Assembly: GCA_965208675.1 (NCBI GenBank)
Contig: OZ242351.1
Span: 384,001 to 448,000 of the forward strand
Source: Candidatus Poribacteria bacterium
Lineage (GTDB): Bacteria; Poribacteria; WGA-4E; PCPOR2b
Direction of reading: 5' to 3'
DNA: 64,000 bases
Part shown: positions 47,152 through 57,554 of the stretch, piece by piece
Position numbering within the stretch: position 1 is the stretch's first letter
How the letters are laid out: every line of letters begins with the position of its first letter
The notes under the pieces: model-generated
The model's database searches: none
Told to the model about the DNA's origin: nothing
The model's input: the letters and a program-made list of their open reading frames with translations, nothing else
Position numbers and translations under genes: made by a program

Positions 47152-48513
47152 TTGATGAGAGTTGCAATCATCGGTACGGGTTACGTTGGTCTAACGACGT
47201 GCGTAGCCATGGCATACCTAAACCACGAGGTTGTGGGGGTAGATGTCGATCCAAAGAAACTGGAGGCATTACGCCGTGGAAAAAGTCCCATCCACGAGCC
47301 GGGTATCCAGAAACTCCTAGATCAGGTCGGCGAATATGTCTGCTTCACAGATGAGTTGGCAGATGCTATAGCGAATGCTGACATCATAATGATTGCAGTC
47401 GGCACGCCGCCGAAGCTTAATGGAGATGCGGACACGAGCTACGTAGAAGAGGCGGCGTGGCAAGTGGCTCAAGGGTTGCAGCCTAATCGGACGTATACCT
47501 TGGTTGTCAAATCTACTGTACCTATCGGGACGAACCGGCGGGTGGCTAACGTAATCACTCGCGCACTTTCTGAACGTAAGGTAAAAACCAAAATTCATCT
47601 TGCTTCGAATCCGGAGTTTTTGCAAGAGGGTTTAGCCTTGCGGGGTACCTTCTACCCAGATCGAATTGTTGTCGGCGTCGAAGAATCGGAAGGCGTAGAG
47701 GCGTTGCGCCGACTTTATCGTCCTATACTTGAACAGACGTTCGATCCGCCTAGTTTTTTGCCGCGCCGCGAAGGTTATAGCTTACCACCCTTAATTACGA
47801 CCGACCCAACGAGTGCCGAGATGATTAAGTATGCTGCCAACACGTTCCTTACGCTCAAGATTAGTTTCATCAACGAAATTGCAGGACTTTGTGAAAAGGT
47901 GGGTGCGGATGTGACGGAGGTATCTCGCGGAATTGGCTTGGATACCCGTATTGGGCAACGTTTCCTCGAAGCGGGGCTGGGATGGGGAGGCAGTTGTTTC
48001 CCCAAAGATACTGCGGCGCTCCTGAGTGTTGCAGCGGAATACGGGTACACGATGCAAATTGTCCAAGCCGCGCGTGAGGTCAACTGGGGACAACGTCAGT
48101 TGATTGTGGAGAAACTCCAATCTGCCCTTAAAATTCTGCGCGGCCGTACTATAGGAATACTGGGGTTGACATTCAAACCCAATACGGACGATGTTCGAGA
48201 TGCTCCGGCAATGGATATTATCCGGGCGCTGATCGAACGCGGCGCGCATGTCCAAGCTCACGACCCAATTGCTATCCCTCACGCCCGGCTACTTTTGAAA
48301 GGGCTGGATGTGGCATTCGAGGAAGATGTTTACTGCCTCGCGGACGGAGCCGATGCACTCGTATTGGTTACGGGTTGGGAAGCATACCACTCACTCGATT
48401 TGGCGGAACTCGGCAGGCGCATGAATAACCGCGTTTTAGTTGATGGACGAAATTTTTTCATGCCAGACGACGCACTTGCTGCCGGATTTGTTTACATGGG
48501 TGTTGGCAGGTGA
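47152..48513 (+). CDS. ugd: UDP-glucose/GDP-mannose dehydrogenase
   Basis: GTGYVG, SNPEFLQEG, GWGGSCFPKD, FKPNTDDVR. Confidence 0.92.
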   Translation: MMRVAIIGTGYVGLTTCVAMAYLNHEVVGVDVDPKKLEALRRGKSPIHEPGIQKLLDQVGEYVCFTDELADAIANADIIMIAVGTPPKLNGDADTSYVEEAAWQVAQGLQPNRTYTLVVKSTVPIGTNRRVANVITRALSERKVKTKIHLASNPEFLQEGLALRGTFYPDRIVVGVEESEGVEALRRLYRPILEQTFDPPSFLPRREGYSLPPLITTDPTSAEMIKYAANTFLTLKISFINEIAGLCEKVGADVTEVSRGIGLDTRIGQRFLEAGLGWGGSCFPKDTAALLSVAAEYGYTMQIVQAAREVNWGQRQLIVEKLQSALKILRGRTIGILGLTFKPNTDDVRDAPAMDIIRALIERGAHVQAHDPIAIPHARLLLKGLDVAFEEDVYCLADGADALVLVTGWEAYHSLDLAELGRRMNNRVLVDGRNFFMPDDALAAGFVYMGVGR

Positions 48514-48633
48514 TTACAATCTCGACTATACACGCTAAGCATTTGGACGATAGTAGTGAAAACAGGCATGATGAAATTTAAGATTGGCGATGCCGTATGG
48601 ATTTTAGCATCTTTACAGGATATTATGTAAAAT

Positions 48634-50022
48634 ATGAAAACACATCAATACGATCTCATTGTTATCGGCAGCGGAAGCGCCGGATTTTCCGCGGCGACGA
48701 CCGCTAAGGAGAATGGACTAGAGAAGATACTGCTGATTGAGAAACGCCGAGTCGGGTACAGCCTCTGTACAAATGAAGGTTGTATGCCTTCCAAAACGCT
48801 GCTCGCCTCCGCCGAAGTGAAGCGAATCATTGAGGCAAGCACCGATTTCGGGATTGCATCGACTCAGCCAAATGTGAATTGGGACGCCGTGCAGGAACGA
48901 GTCCGAACTTTGGTGGAAGATGATTTCTTTGCTGCAAGGCGGGACGCGATTCGCAACGCCCCGGTGGATTTAGTCGAAGGGAATGCGCAGTTTACAAGCC
49001 CGCACACTATCCAAGTCGGTGAATGTTCCTATGCGGCAGACCGAATCGTTATCGCTACCGGTTCCGTCGTTAGTGTTCCTCCCTTTCCCGGATTACGAGA
49101 AACCGGGTATTTGGATAGCGACGGTGCGCTCTATTTGAAGAAATTGCCGAGGTCGTTAATTGTGTTGGGGGGCGGATACATTGCCATTGAGCTTGGATAT
49201 CTATTTCACAAAATGGGCGTTGATGTCACGATTGTACAGCGCAGCGAACGGATTTTGTCGCGTTTGGATGCAGATATCAGTTTTGAATTGGAGCGAATTC
49301 TCCGGCGTGACGGGATGAACATTCTCACCGGAGCAGATGTAGAATCGGTGCGCCGATCGTCCGGAAACAAGCGTATTCACGCCGTGATCGAAGAAGGGGG
49401 GAAAACCACATTAGAAGCAGAGGAGATAATGATAGCCACGGGACGCGACCCCGCAATCCACGGTTTAAACTTGGAGCAACTCGGCGTCCAGTTAGATGAG
49501 TATGGCGCGATTCAGGTCAACGATTTCTTACAGACATCTGTACCGCATATCTATGCAGTCGGCGATGTGAACGGCAAGATGCCGCTTGTCTACGTTGCCT
49601 CAATGGAAGGCAGGGTCGCGGGGCTCCATGCTGCAGGGGTAAACGGCGAAAAAATCGATTACCGATTGGTTTCGAACATCATCTTTTCGCACCCGGAAAT
49701 TGGTACCGTCGGCCTTACCGCTCAAGAAGCAGAGGCAAACGGGCTGAACGTAATAACTGCAAAGACGCCGATGGAAGATATTGGTAAAGCTGTGGCGATT
49801 GGGCAGACGGACGGATTCATTAAGCTAGTTGCTGAACGGCCTTCGGGCAAAATCGCCGGGTTACACGTCATAGGGCCGCATGCAACTGACATAATGCAGG
49901 TGGCGCTGCCTCATATTTACCATAATGACACGGTGTTTGACGTGCTAAATATCCCTTACCCTCACCCTACACTCGGCGAAGCCCTCAGTTACGCAGCCGA
50001 AGAAATCGCGGCGTGCTTATAA
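48634..50022 (+). CDS. class-I pyridine nucleotide-disulfide oxidoreductase (Lpd/MerA-like)
   Basis: GSGSAG, CTNEGCMPSK, GGGYIAIE, HPTLGE; no C-terminal Cys-Cys pair. Confidence 0.88.
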   Translation: MKTHQYDLIVIGSGSAGFSAATTAKENGLEKILLIEKRRVGYSLCTNEGCMPSKTLLASAEVKRIIEASTDFGIASTQPNVNWDAVQERVRTLVEDDFFAARRDAIRNAPVDLVEGNAQFTSPHTIQVGECSYAADRIVIATGSVVSVPPFPGLRETGYLDSDGALYLKKLPRSLIVLGGGYIAIELGYLFHKMGVDVTIVQRSERILSRLDADISFELERILRRDGMNILTGADVESVRRSSGNKRIHAVIEEGGKTTLEAEEIMIATGRDPAIHGLNLEQLGVQLDEYGAIQVNDFLQTSVPHIYAVGDVNGKMPLVYVASMEGRVAGLHAAGVNGEKIDYRLVSNIIFSHPEIGTVGLTAQEAEANGLNVITAKTPMEDIGKAVAIGQTDGFIKLVAERPSGKIAGLHVIGPHATDIMQVALPHIYHNDTVFDVLNIPYPHPTLGEALSYAAEEIAACL

Positions 50023-50038
50023 ATCAAGCCGCCGATCG

Positions 50039-50422
50039 TCATCCGTTCCGCTGCTTTTCCTGAATCTGCCTATCCAACTGCCGCGACGCCTGAACTGCAG
50101 CAGCGTCACCGGATTCAACCAAATGGCGGAGACGCGTTGCGCCGCAGGTTTCCAGCGATTCTTGCCAGACTGGCTGGTTTTGGCATTCCGCATGCGCTTG
50201 TGTAATTTCCGCCGGACGCATCCGATCGATACGTTCACGGTAGATGTTCAATTTTTGCCATCGAAGTACGTCCGAAGATAGCGTGTGAAATTTTTCCGAT
50301 TCCAACAAAATGGACGTCAGATTAACATCCTGTTCTTGTTGATGGGGAGGTAGGTGTGTCGTTTGGCTAGCTTTTATCAACCGGGAGGCTTTCGATTCCA
50401 ACATGGGTAGAATTCCTTTCAC
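50039..50422 (-). CDS. hypothetical protein
   Basis: 127-aa ORF filling the gap; no motif recognised. Confidence 0.4.
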   Translation of the reverse strand: MKGILPMLESKASRLIKASQTTHLPPHQQEQDVNLTSILLESEKFHTLSSDVLRWQKLNIYRERIDRMRPAEITQAHAECQNQPVWQESLETCGATRLRHLVESGDAAAVQASRQLDRQIQEKQRNG

Positions 50423-50597
50423 AGCATCGTCATAACAGCCGCCGTTGTGCGTTTCAATTAGCGTGCAAACTTAAAGACGGCTGAATGGAAACACAGGACT
50501 GATAACGACCAATTGAAGGCTCTAACCGTAGGAACGAAAAATAAAAGCGGCGGTTTCCAAAATTTTCAATATTTTCCCGCCGTGCGTTAGCAGTAAC

Positions 50598-52505
50598 TTA
50601 CCACCACGCGGTGAAGGTGTAAATCGGTTTTTTTACAACAATACTCAATAACGCCCAAAATCCGCCGACGACAAATTCTCCGAGAATAACCCCAAAGAAA
50701 AAAGGAACCGCTTTGCGATACGCCTTTACGCCGCCATATTTCAAGATAAGCCATTTTATGAGCCATGCCACAATAAATTGCGTCCAAAACGTTCGCATAG
50801 ACCAGGTACTGGACACTGCATAGCCGGCCGGGTGCAAGGACCACCATAAAAACCTGACTCGCATAAACATAAGGAAAATACCAAACAGTATACCGTAGAG
50901 AAAGAAGCCTAGACCTGCCATGTCCGTGGACGCAGGAATTGTCAGCCACTGCTGCAACCGCGCAAACGGTTCCCGTCCGAAAAACTGCAAGACGACATTA
51001 CTATGCTTGTATCCCGAATGTAAAATTGCCCAGAAAGCGGCAAAAGTACCTGCAACAGTCGCGATAAGGATAGCGCCAAATACCCAACGGTTGTCCATTC
51101 GGGCTCTATCAGCCAGCTTAAACCCCTCCAATTGATGCGGCATCACGTCGCTGTAATGCATGCGCGATAGAAACCAAAAGAGCGACATGATGGATAGATT
51201 TCTGGGGCCAATCTTTCGCGTGCCGACCGCTCCAATCATGAGTATTTCGGGTCCGGCAAAGTGCAGGTCATGAAATGGAGAGCCGACTTCCGCGCGAATT
51301 CGCGTAATCCCAATTTCCGTCATCAGGTATAGTGCGAAAAAAGCCCCGGCCGCCCAAAGTGACATGCCAGCCTTCCAGCAAAAAAGCAGAATTAACGCAA
51401 TACCGCAGATAAGTCCCCAAACGGCGATTCTGTAGTTTAACAACTCGGCAGAATCGTCACGTTTGTCGTCGCGCATGGCGGGCTTCAGCGCAACCTTGAA
51501 TACATGGGCCAAATGACGTCTGCCTATCCATATCGCGATGAAAAACAGGGAGATGTGCGCGCCCGCGGCCTGTTCCGAAAGCAATGGCCGGGCGCGCCAT
51601 CCCAAGGTGCTCTCGAATATTTGCTGTGCTTTCCAAAGAACAAAGAAGAACCAGCAAGAAAAGGAGATGTCCAAGGGAATTAAAAACACCAACCCAATTA
51701 GGAACGGGCGGAAGGTAAGCGGCGTGTAACCCACGGCGTTCCACGGCCTGTCGGAAAATAGTTCGCCGAGGTTATAGGGTGCCACGCGTAGGGAGGGGAC
51801 GGAAGGGAAAAAGAAGTTCAGCCCATTGATGAAGGTCATAACACCTACAATGGAAAAACCTAACCACATCAACTTATTTTTGAACAACCTGGATGTGCGG
51901 TTCGTAATTTCGAACGGGAGTTGGACGATAGGATATGACAGCCTTTCTCTATCAATCCACTGCTTACGTACGATGACGTTGAAGCATATCATCACGAACA
52001 TGAGTGTACAGATGAACGCTGCCCAGACCAAAACCGGCGTCAGCCATGCCTCAATGTGCTGTGCGGTATAGAGGGTTGACTCTCCCGTCAATTTTTTGGC
52101 AATGTATCCATCGACTGCCCGCTCATCAGTCACAGCGAGCCAGTGCGGAATATACCGCCAAAAGAGTTCTTTCCATTCGTTCTCGGGCGTTGCAAGTCCA
52201 AACGCTCCAGCCATCGTTGGCGGCAAAATCTGCATCATGCTGTGCCCAGCGAGTGCAGACGCTTGGCACAGCATGATGTAAATGGTGAGTAGCTCGCCCT
52301 GTTTGAAAGCCATGTCGGCGGACAGCTTTCTCAATGGAATGTTGACCACTAACAATACCAACACCATGAGTAGGACGTTAAAGAAGAGCGAAAACAGTGT
52401 AGAGTGGGCGACGTAATACACGCACTCCATCTGTATCAGCAGATACGAGTTAATGGGAATCAGGATAAGACCTATAAGTATCGCTCTCCAAGTTACGTTT
52501 CTCAC
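50598..52505 (-). CDS. DUF6785/DUF6784-type putative peptide transporter (paralog of 31598-33529)
   Basis: ATPENEW, RKQWIDRERLSYP, RIRAEVG, LHPAGY, PFFFGVILG. Confidence 0.75.
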   Translation of the reverse strand: MRNVTWRAILIGLILIPINSYLLIQMECVYYVAHSTLFSLFFNVLLMVLVLLVVNIPLRKLSADMAFKQGELLTIYIMLCQASALAGHSMMQILPPTMAGAFGLATPENEWKELFWRYIPHWLAVTDERAVDGYIAKKLTGESTLYTAQHIEAWLTPVLVWAAFICTLMFVMICFNVIVRKQWIDRERLSYPIVQLPFEITNRTSRLFKNKLMWLGFSIVGVMTFINGLNFFFPSVPSLRVAPYNLGELFSDRPWNAVGYTPLTFRPFLIGLVFLIPLDISFSCWFFFVLWKAQQIFESTLGWRARPLLSEQAAGAHISLFFIAIWIGRRHLAHVFKVALKPAMRDDKRDDSAELLNYRIAVWGLICGIALILLFCWKAGMSLWAAGAFFALYLMTEIGITRIRAEVGSPFHDLHFAGPEILMIGAVGTRKIGPRNLSIMSLFWFLSRMHYSDVMPHQLEGFKLADRARMDNRWVFGAILIATVAGTFAAFWAILHSGYKHSNVVLQFFGREPFARLQQWLTIPASTDMAGLGFFLYGILFGIFLMFMRVRFLWWSLHPAGYAVSSTWSMRTFWTQFIVAWLIKWLILKYGGVKAYRKAVPFFFGVILGEFVVGGFWALLSIVVKKPIYTFTAWW

Positions 52506-52744
52506 GGCATCACCTATTTTCGAAGCGGCAACATACGGCAGCGTTGCTGCAGAAAAGGTTTGTAAATGGCATGTTGTATGGGCATGCCGCTCCGCTGGCG
52601 CGAATCCCTACCGCCGTGCTATGGCAGTAGCTGATAGTGTTTTCACGACTTCGAAGCGGAATGTGAATCGTTGAAAGAAACCGCGTAAGTCAATAACGCG
52701 TGGTAGCGCTCATTGAAACATGGGAAGTGGCAAACTCTAATCCC

Positions 52745-53374
52745 CTAATCAGCCAATATCCTGACCGGTGTGCCAGCCGCAATACGTTCATAAATTTTTT
52801 GGGCGTGATGGGGGATTAGGGCAATGCATCCGAGCGTTCCTTTGTAGGATTTAAAGCCGACGTTCTCTAAAATTGCCGAGGCATGAATTTCAATAGAACT
52901 TCCTGTCCTACCTTCCATCTTATCTTCTTCGTTTGGATAGTCGAGCGCCATCACATAAACATGCTCGCCGCCATAAGCTGCGGTCCACAGCTTTTCGTCT
53001 TGAGCGATTTTTAACTCTTGCTCTGAAAGACCGGCATGTTCCAATTTTCCAAAGTAAAGTTCAGTATCTCGTATGGCGTATGTTTCGCCATCCACAACAA
53101 AACTGCTTTGTCCTCCGGGGTTAATTTTGGGCGGTCCGTTGCGGCTGACCATCCATTTGACAGAGTAATCCCCAAGCGGGGTTTTCTTGTCCCCTTCTTT
53201 TTCTTTTCCGATGCCGTTTTGCCCGATGGCAACCGGAAAACACAAATCGACTCGATCACTTTGAACGAGGCGGATTTCTTTAGATTCGCCCAAAACTAAC
53301 AGACAGAATCCGTTTTCATCTCTCCTTAAACCTTGCAGATGGGTTTCTGCATTATTTGACTCGAATTTTGGCAT
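52745..53374 (-). CDS. L,D-transpeptidase (YkuD) family protein
   Basis: KEKEGDKKTPLGDY, LDYPN, IEIH...TLGCIAL. Confidence 0.85.
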   Translation of the reverse strand: MPKFESNNAETHLQGLRRDENGFCLLVLGESKEIRLVQSDRVDLCFPVAIGQNGIGKEKEGDKKTPLGDYSVKWMVSRNGPPKINPGGQSSFVVDGETYAIRDTELYFGKLEHAGLSEQELKIAQDEKLWTAAYGGEHVYVMALDYPNEEDKMEGRTGSSIEIHASAILENVGFKSYKGTLGCIALIPHHAQKIYERIAAGTPVRILAD

Positions 53375-53472
53375 TTATAGCGCTATACCTTCCTAATTTT
53401 TACAGGTGTTGAAAAAGAGATTCGTTGAATCCCCGGGACGCCTGGTGTGAGGAGAAAAAATTTCAATGCAAA

Positions 53473-54798
53473 TTAGATTGTAAGCACAACCTCGACCGCA
53501 TTTTTTCCGGGTTGCACATCGACGCGGACAAACAACAGGCGATTGTCCAACCGGGTTACAGCATGGGTGTTGGATTTGGAGAGCGTCAGGCCCGCGTGAT
53601 CGCCCCAAATCGTCAAGCCGTACGGCATGGATTTAGGAGACTCAATCTCAAAGTGCATCCGCAATAGCGACCGTGTGCGAGAAGGCAGAAATTTTTCAAT
53701 CTTTGGCAGGTTAAATTCTGTACCATCGCGCGAATTCACTGGCGGCGAAATGTAGTTCTTTACGGCAATCGGTTCCATGCTGCCTGCTTCAAAAACCAAC
53801 TGGCATTCCGAATCGTAATAGAACAGCATCGACTGCGGCGGCATCCGCCCAGCATCGGTGGGGCTGTCTGGCATCTTATTAGAGGTTGAATCGCCCGATT
53901 CAATGAGGAGAAAGGTGGGGGGCGTCTGATTGCACTCTCGCTGGTAGTCCTCCATAGCATTTGCAAGCGGAATGATTTGTGTGTCGGACTGTTGTGCCAC
54001 ATGTGCGAAGTACGCGTTCAACGCTTCGAGATGTTCCGATGAAAATTGTGCTACCTGATCTGCATTGATATATTGAACGTAAGCAAGCCAAGGATTCCAC
54101 GCTGCATTTGCCGCATACAGATTGAAGAAATGGCGTGCAGTTCCGTTCAAAATTTGAGTGCGAAGATCGAGTGAATCATTCTCTTTAGACTCGTGCTCTT
54201 GAGTCGAAGGCAATTTTTGTTTCACAACGCCCCATGCCGACGCGGGATTTGGCGAAGCAGCCGGAATTCCAGCGATTTTTCCCGCAGCGGGACCGCCCAT
54301 ATTATGCGCATCAGTGGACGGGTAAAAAAATCCAAAAGGGCAACCGGCATCGCCGCCCTTATCCCCCCATCGATAACCCCATAATCCTTTGAAGCCAACT
54401 TTACCCACCGCATACAGCAGGACATGATTTTTTTCCACCGCACCCGCTACCGCCGGGCTTGCCCATTCCATTACCCGCTGGACCTTTTCCCATTCGGATG
54501 AAATGAAACCCGGCAGTTTCTCGCGCATCGTTACGATATGCTCGGCTGATTCAGGCCTATCTATCGGCGTATCACTGCCCCAAATGGGTTTCATATCTAG
54601 CAGCAAGAGCAATTCGTCGCCATAACTTTCGTGCCATTGAGTAAAGTCAGCAGCGAAAGCTCGCGCGGATACGCGGTTAATTGCCCAAGTAATAGGAATG
54701 CCGTGTGTGTGTGCAATTTCTGCAAGAAGGCGAACGCCGCGTCTCAGATTTGTCCTGTCATCGGTAATAGCAGTGCTAACGAGTGAGTAGGCAAACAT
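53473..54798 (-). CDS. hypothetical protein (possible carbohydrate esterase-like barrel)
   Basis: 441-aa ORF in a minus-strand run; GIPITWAI motif. Confidence 0.55.
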   Translation of the reverse strand: MFAYSLVSTAITDDRTNLRRGVRLLAEIAHTHGIPITWAINRVSARAFAADFTQWHESYGDELLLLLDMKPIWGSDTPIDRPESAEHIVTMREKLPGFISSEWEKVQRVMEWASPAVAGAVEKNHVLLYAVGKVGFKGLWGYRWGDKGGDAGCPFGFFYPSTDAHNMGGPAAGKIAGIPAASPNPASAWGVVKQKLPSTQEHESKENDSLDLRTQILNGTARHFFNLYAANAAWNPWLAYVQYINADQVAQFSSEHLEALNAYFAHVAQQSDTQIIPLANAMEDYQRECNQTPPTFLLIESGDSTSNKMPDSPTDAGRMPPQSMLFYYDSECQLVFEAGSMEPIAVKNYISPPVNSRDGTEFNLPKIEKFLPSRTRSLLRMHFEIESPKSMPYGLTIWGDHAGLTLSKSNTHAVTRLDNRLLFVRVDVQPGKNAVEVVLTI

Positions 54799-54801
54799 AT
54801 T

Positions 54802-55905
54802 TTACTGCTGTACGTAAGTTTTGTTCAAATAATGGGCGATAATCTCAATATCTTCCTCTAAAAGGAAAAGACCATTTTCAATCATCCGGGAAATGAGTTC
54901 TCTGGTTTCCTCTTCGGACGTGGGCGGCGCATTGTCAACGTCCGCTAATGGATGGCATTGAGAGCACGTTATTTCAAAAAGTTCTAGTGCCTCTGCAGGA
55001 TCATAGCTCGCCTGGTCCAAGCTGGCCGCAACGATGGCATCGGGGTCTTGGGCGGCAGTGTCCGGGTCCTGAATGACATCAGGTACTGGGCTGAACGCCG
55101 ATTGCAGTGCAACTTGTGACTGGCTTGCTTGCATCTCTTCTTTTCTCCGCTCTTTCACCGAATTCTGAATGTCAGGCGTAATCGCAATTAAGTATGCGGA
55201 TACTGTCCACTGTTCTTCCCGGTTAATCGGTTCTCCAATGACGGGTTTAATCGCCATTCGATTTACAAGCCTTACCCAATCCGGCGGAGTGCGGGGGCGA
55301 ACAAGAATAGTTCGTAGGTCGTGGCACTGGACGCATTTCTTCAATAGTACGTCCTGTCCGTCGCGCAATTTTCGTTTGGAAGCTAGTTTATCCAGCGGTG
55401 CATCGTCAGGCAATCCGGCTGTTAGTAACATTTTGTGCGTTCTTTGCATACCGGCTTCGCTAAAGACTTCTTGAGACGTTCGCAGGGCGCGTTCCCGCAG
55501 TGTGAAGGGCACAGACAAGCCGATTAACAGATAGGTACACAACAATAGGGCAGTTCCAATATACGGCATGGCTTCTTCAAAGTGCCTGAAGAAGCGGAGG
55601 ATTGCGATTTTGACCAATAACAGCACGCCGATCGTAATGCCAAGCATCAAGTGGGCAACTGTGCGCGGCGGGAGTTCGATCTGATAGTTCCACAAGCGGG
55701 GCACCATATGCCACATCATGAAGACATAAAGTATCGCATACGAAATACCAATGAGACGATGTATCAACACGAGCGGCGCAGGAGCGGCGCTTGTGCGGGT
55801 TTTTTCATCAAAAGGATAACCCCACAGTTTGTACATTAGGAACACCGCTGCGTTGCCCAAACCTAAGAATACAAGACCAAGTATGGCGCTTGTCGAAGTA
55901 GACAT
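54802..55905 (-). CDS. membrane protein with cytochrome b-like TM domain and two c-type heme motifs
   Basis: Start revised to MSTSTS (GGAAGG RBS); four TM helices with His (HRLIG, AHLMLG); CVQCH and CSQCH. Confidence 0.75.
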   Translation of the reverse strand: MSTSTSAILGLVFLGLGNAAVFLMYKLWGYPFDEKTRTSAAPAPLVLIHRLIGISYAILYVFMMWHMVPRLWNYQIELPPRTVAHLMLGITIGVLLLVKIAILRFFRHFEEAMPYIGTALLLCTYLLIGLSVPFTLRERALRTSQEVFSEAGMQRTHKMLLTAGLPDDAPLDKLASKRKLRDGQDVLLKKCVQCHDLRTILVRPRTPPDWVRLVNRMAIKPVIGEPINREEQWTVSAYLIAITPDIQNSVKERRKEEMQASQSQVALQSAFSPVPDVIQDPDTAAQDPDAIVAASLDQASYDPAEALELFEITCSQCHPLADVDNAPPTSEEETRELISRMIENGLFLLEEDIEIIAHYLNKTYVQQ

Positions 55906-56135
55906 ATAGTAATTCCTTCCATTGGGCAGCGAGGCCAGATTGAAGATATTAGAATCAGGCAATTGTAACACAAAGCCGTGCGATTGTCACCACTACTTTA
56001 CCTCGCGGCGATTTTTGCATTGGCGCAGTTTCTATTATGTGATACAATAATCTTCAGTAATTTTGTGAATCGGGCGGCAAAACATCCAAATTAACACTTG
56101 TGTTTTTACTTACGTAGGTGATGAAGGAGTCGTAA

Positions 56136-56750
56136 ATGAAAAGAAAACTTCTGTTAATGCTAGCGTTGGTTGTGGTTGTGTGCGGTCTTGTATTAACCGT
56201 ACAGAGCCGGATGGGCGGGACGAATGAAGTTCAGCCAATGTACGGCAGCCTGCTTATAGATGGTTATGATTTTAAGAATGATGTTGGTCCAAAAGGCACC
56301 ATAATATATGATGAAGACAAAAATGAATTTAGAGGCACCTACATTGGGCTAAAGATGCCCCAGGGACGGCGTGCGGTCTTCGCATGGCTTTACGACACTG
56401 TCAATCAAAAATCTGAATATCTAGGACCGGTTGGCTGGTTAAGAGTTGATACGGGCGGCAAGAAGAAAGGGAAGTTCGCTATTAAGGTGCCGGATAAATT
56501 CAAGGGCGGAAACTTTGGAAGTTACGAAATAATCGGATTCACAGCCGAGAAAACATCGCTAATAGCCAACGGTACTGAGGTAGTAGAGAAGCCGGCGAAG
56601 CCCGCGGGAAGCAAAATTTTAAAGAAACTGGACCCGGCTTTTTACCTATATGCGGCGCTGCCGAACTCTGACACGCCAATGCACTACTGTGGACACGGGG
56701 GAGATTTCTTTTTTGCGAAGGATTTGGAGAATCAACTCTGTTACGACTGA
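56136..56750 (+). CDS. hypothetical exported protein
   Basis: AAGGAG RBS; signal/TM segment. Confidence 0.65.
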   Translation: MKRKLLLMLALVVVVCGLVLTVQSRMGGTNEVQPMYGSLLIDGYDFKNDVGPKGTIIYDEDKNEFRGTYIGLKMPQGRRAVFAWLYDTVNQKSEYLGPVGWLRVDTGGKKKGKFAIKVPDKFKGGNFGSYEIIGFTAEKTSLIANGTEVVEKPAKPAGSKILKKLDPAFYLYAALPNSDTPMHYCGHGGDFFFAKDLENQLCYD

Positions 56751-57081
56751 CTGTGCGGCACAACATATTCTAAGTGTAAAGCTGCCGGGTTAAAAGCCCA
56801 CGGCAAATAGCATTTTGAATATGTCCTCGGCTCGTGAAGCTGAGGTAATTCAGATTTATACATAAATACCACAACACTTGAATCTATCGGCTGCCGAATC
56901 ATAGTTGCATCGTTCGAGTTTACCGTAGGCGTGATGCAGTTGAGCGGAAGGCTGGGCGATTGGGTTGTCCTTGCCCCGCCGATGTCACTCGGTGACGAGG
57001 CGTTTTTCTTGGCGCTGCATCAGATGATTGAATGGATTTGCGGCGTTGAGTGTGTTTTAAACTTGTCGGAGGTTAAGCACT

Positions 57082-57444
57082 ATGAGCTATCGCGCACCGG
57101 TACCAGTCTTGCGTATATTTGACGAGGCTAAGGCGAAGGAGTTTTATGTCGATTTCTTGGGCTTCAACGTCGATTGGGAACACCGTTTTGATGACAATGC
57201 GCCGCTCTACATGCAAATCTCGAAGGATAAGTGTGTCATACATCTGTCAGAGCATCACGGCGACTGTTGTCCCGGCGGAGCAATGAAAATTGAAACGACG
57301 GAAATAGATGCGTACGAGAAAGAACTAAACGACAAGAATTACCGGTACTACCGGCCAGGAATAGACGACATGCCTTGGGGCAGCCGAGACATGTCGGTCA
57401 AAGATCCATTCGGCAACAGATTGACGTTTACAGACGCGGTATGA
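57082..57444 (+). CDS. VOC/glyoxalase (bleomycin-resistance type) protein
   Basis: AKEFYVDFLGF, HLSEHHGD, PWG, DPFGNRL. Confidence 0.9.
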   Translation: MSYRAPVPVLRIFDEAKAKEFYVDFLGFNVDWEHRFDDNAPLYMQISKDKCVIHLSEHHGDCCPGGAMKIETTEIDAYEKELNDKNYRYYRPGIDDMPWGSRDMSVKDPFGNRLTFTDAV

Positions 57445-57554
57445 AGTCGAAATACCCGACTATTTGCGGCTCCATTTTGCTCCAGCTGCAAACCCACCCC
57501 TGCGCTTCGGTTTTTTGCTCGCTCGCTTTGTAATCAAAATGTCAAGGCACCCGA

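Noticed and set aside
48634-50022. Mercuric reductase merA
   Set aside because: It lacks the C-terminal Cys-Cys pair and any mer operon context.
56775-56850. IS200/IS605 end-like palindromes
   Set aside because: Short and imperfect with no tnpA/tnpB; more likely a terminator or remnant.
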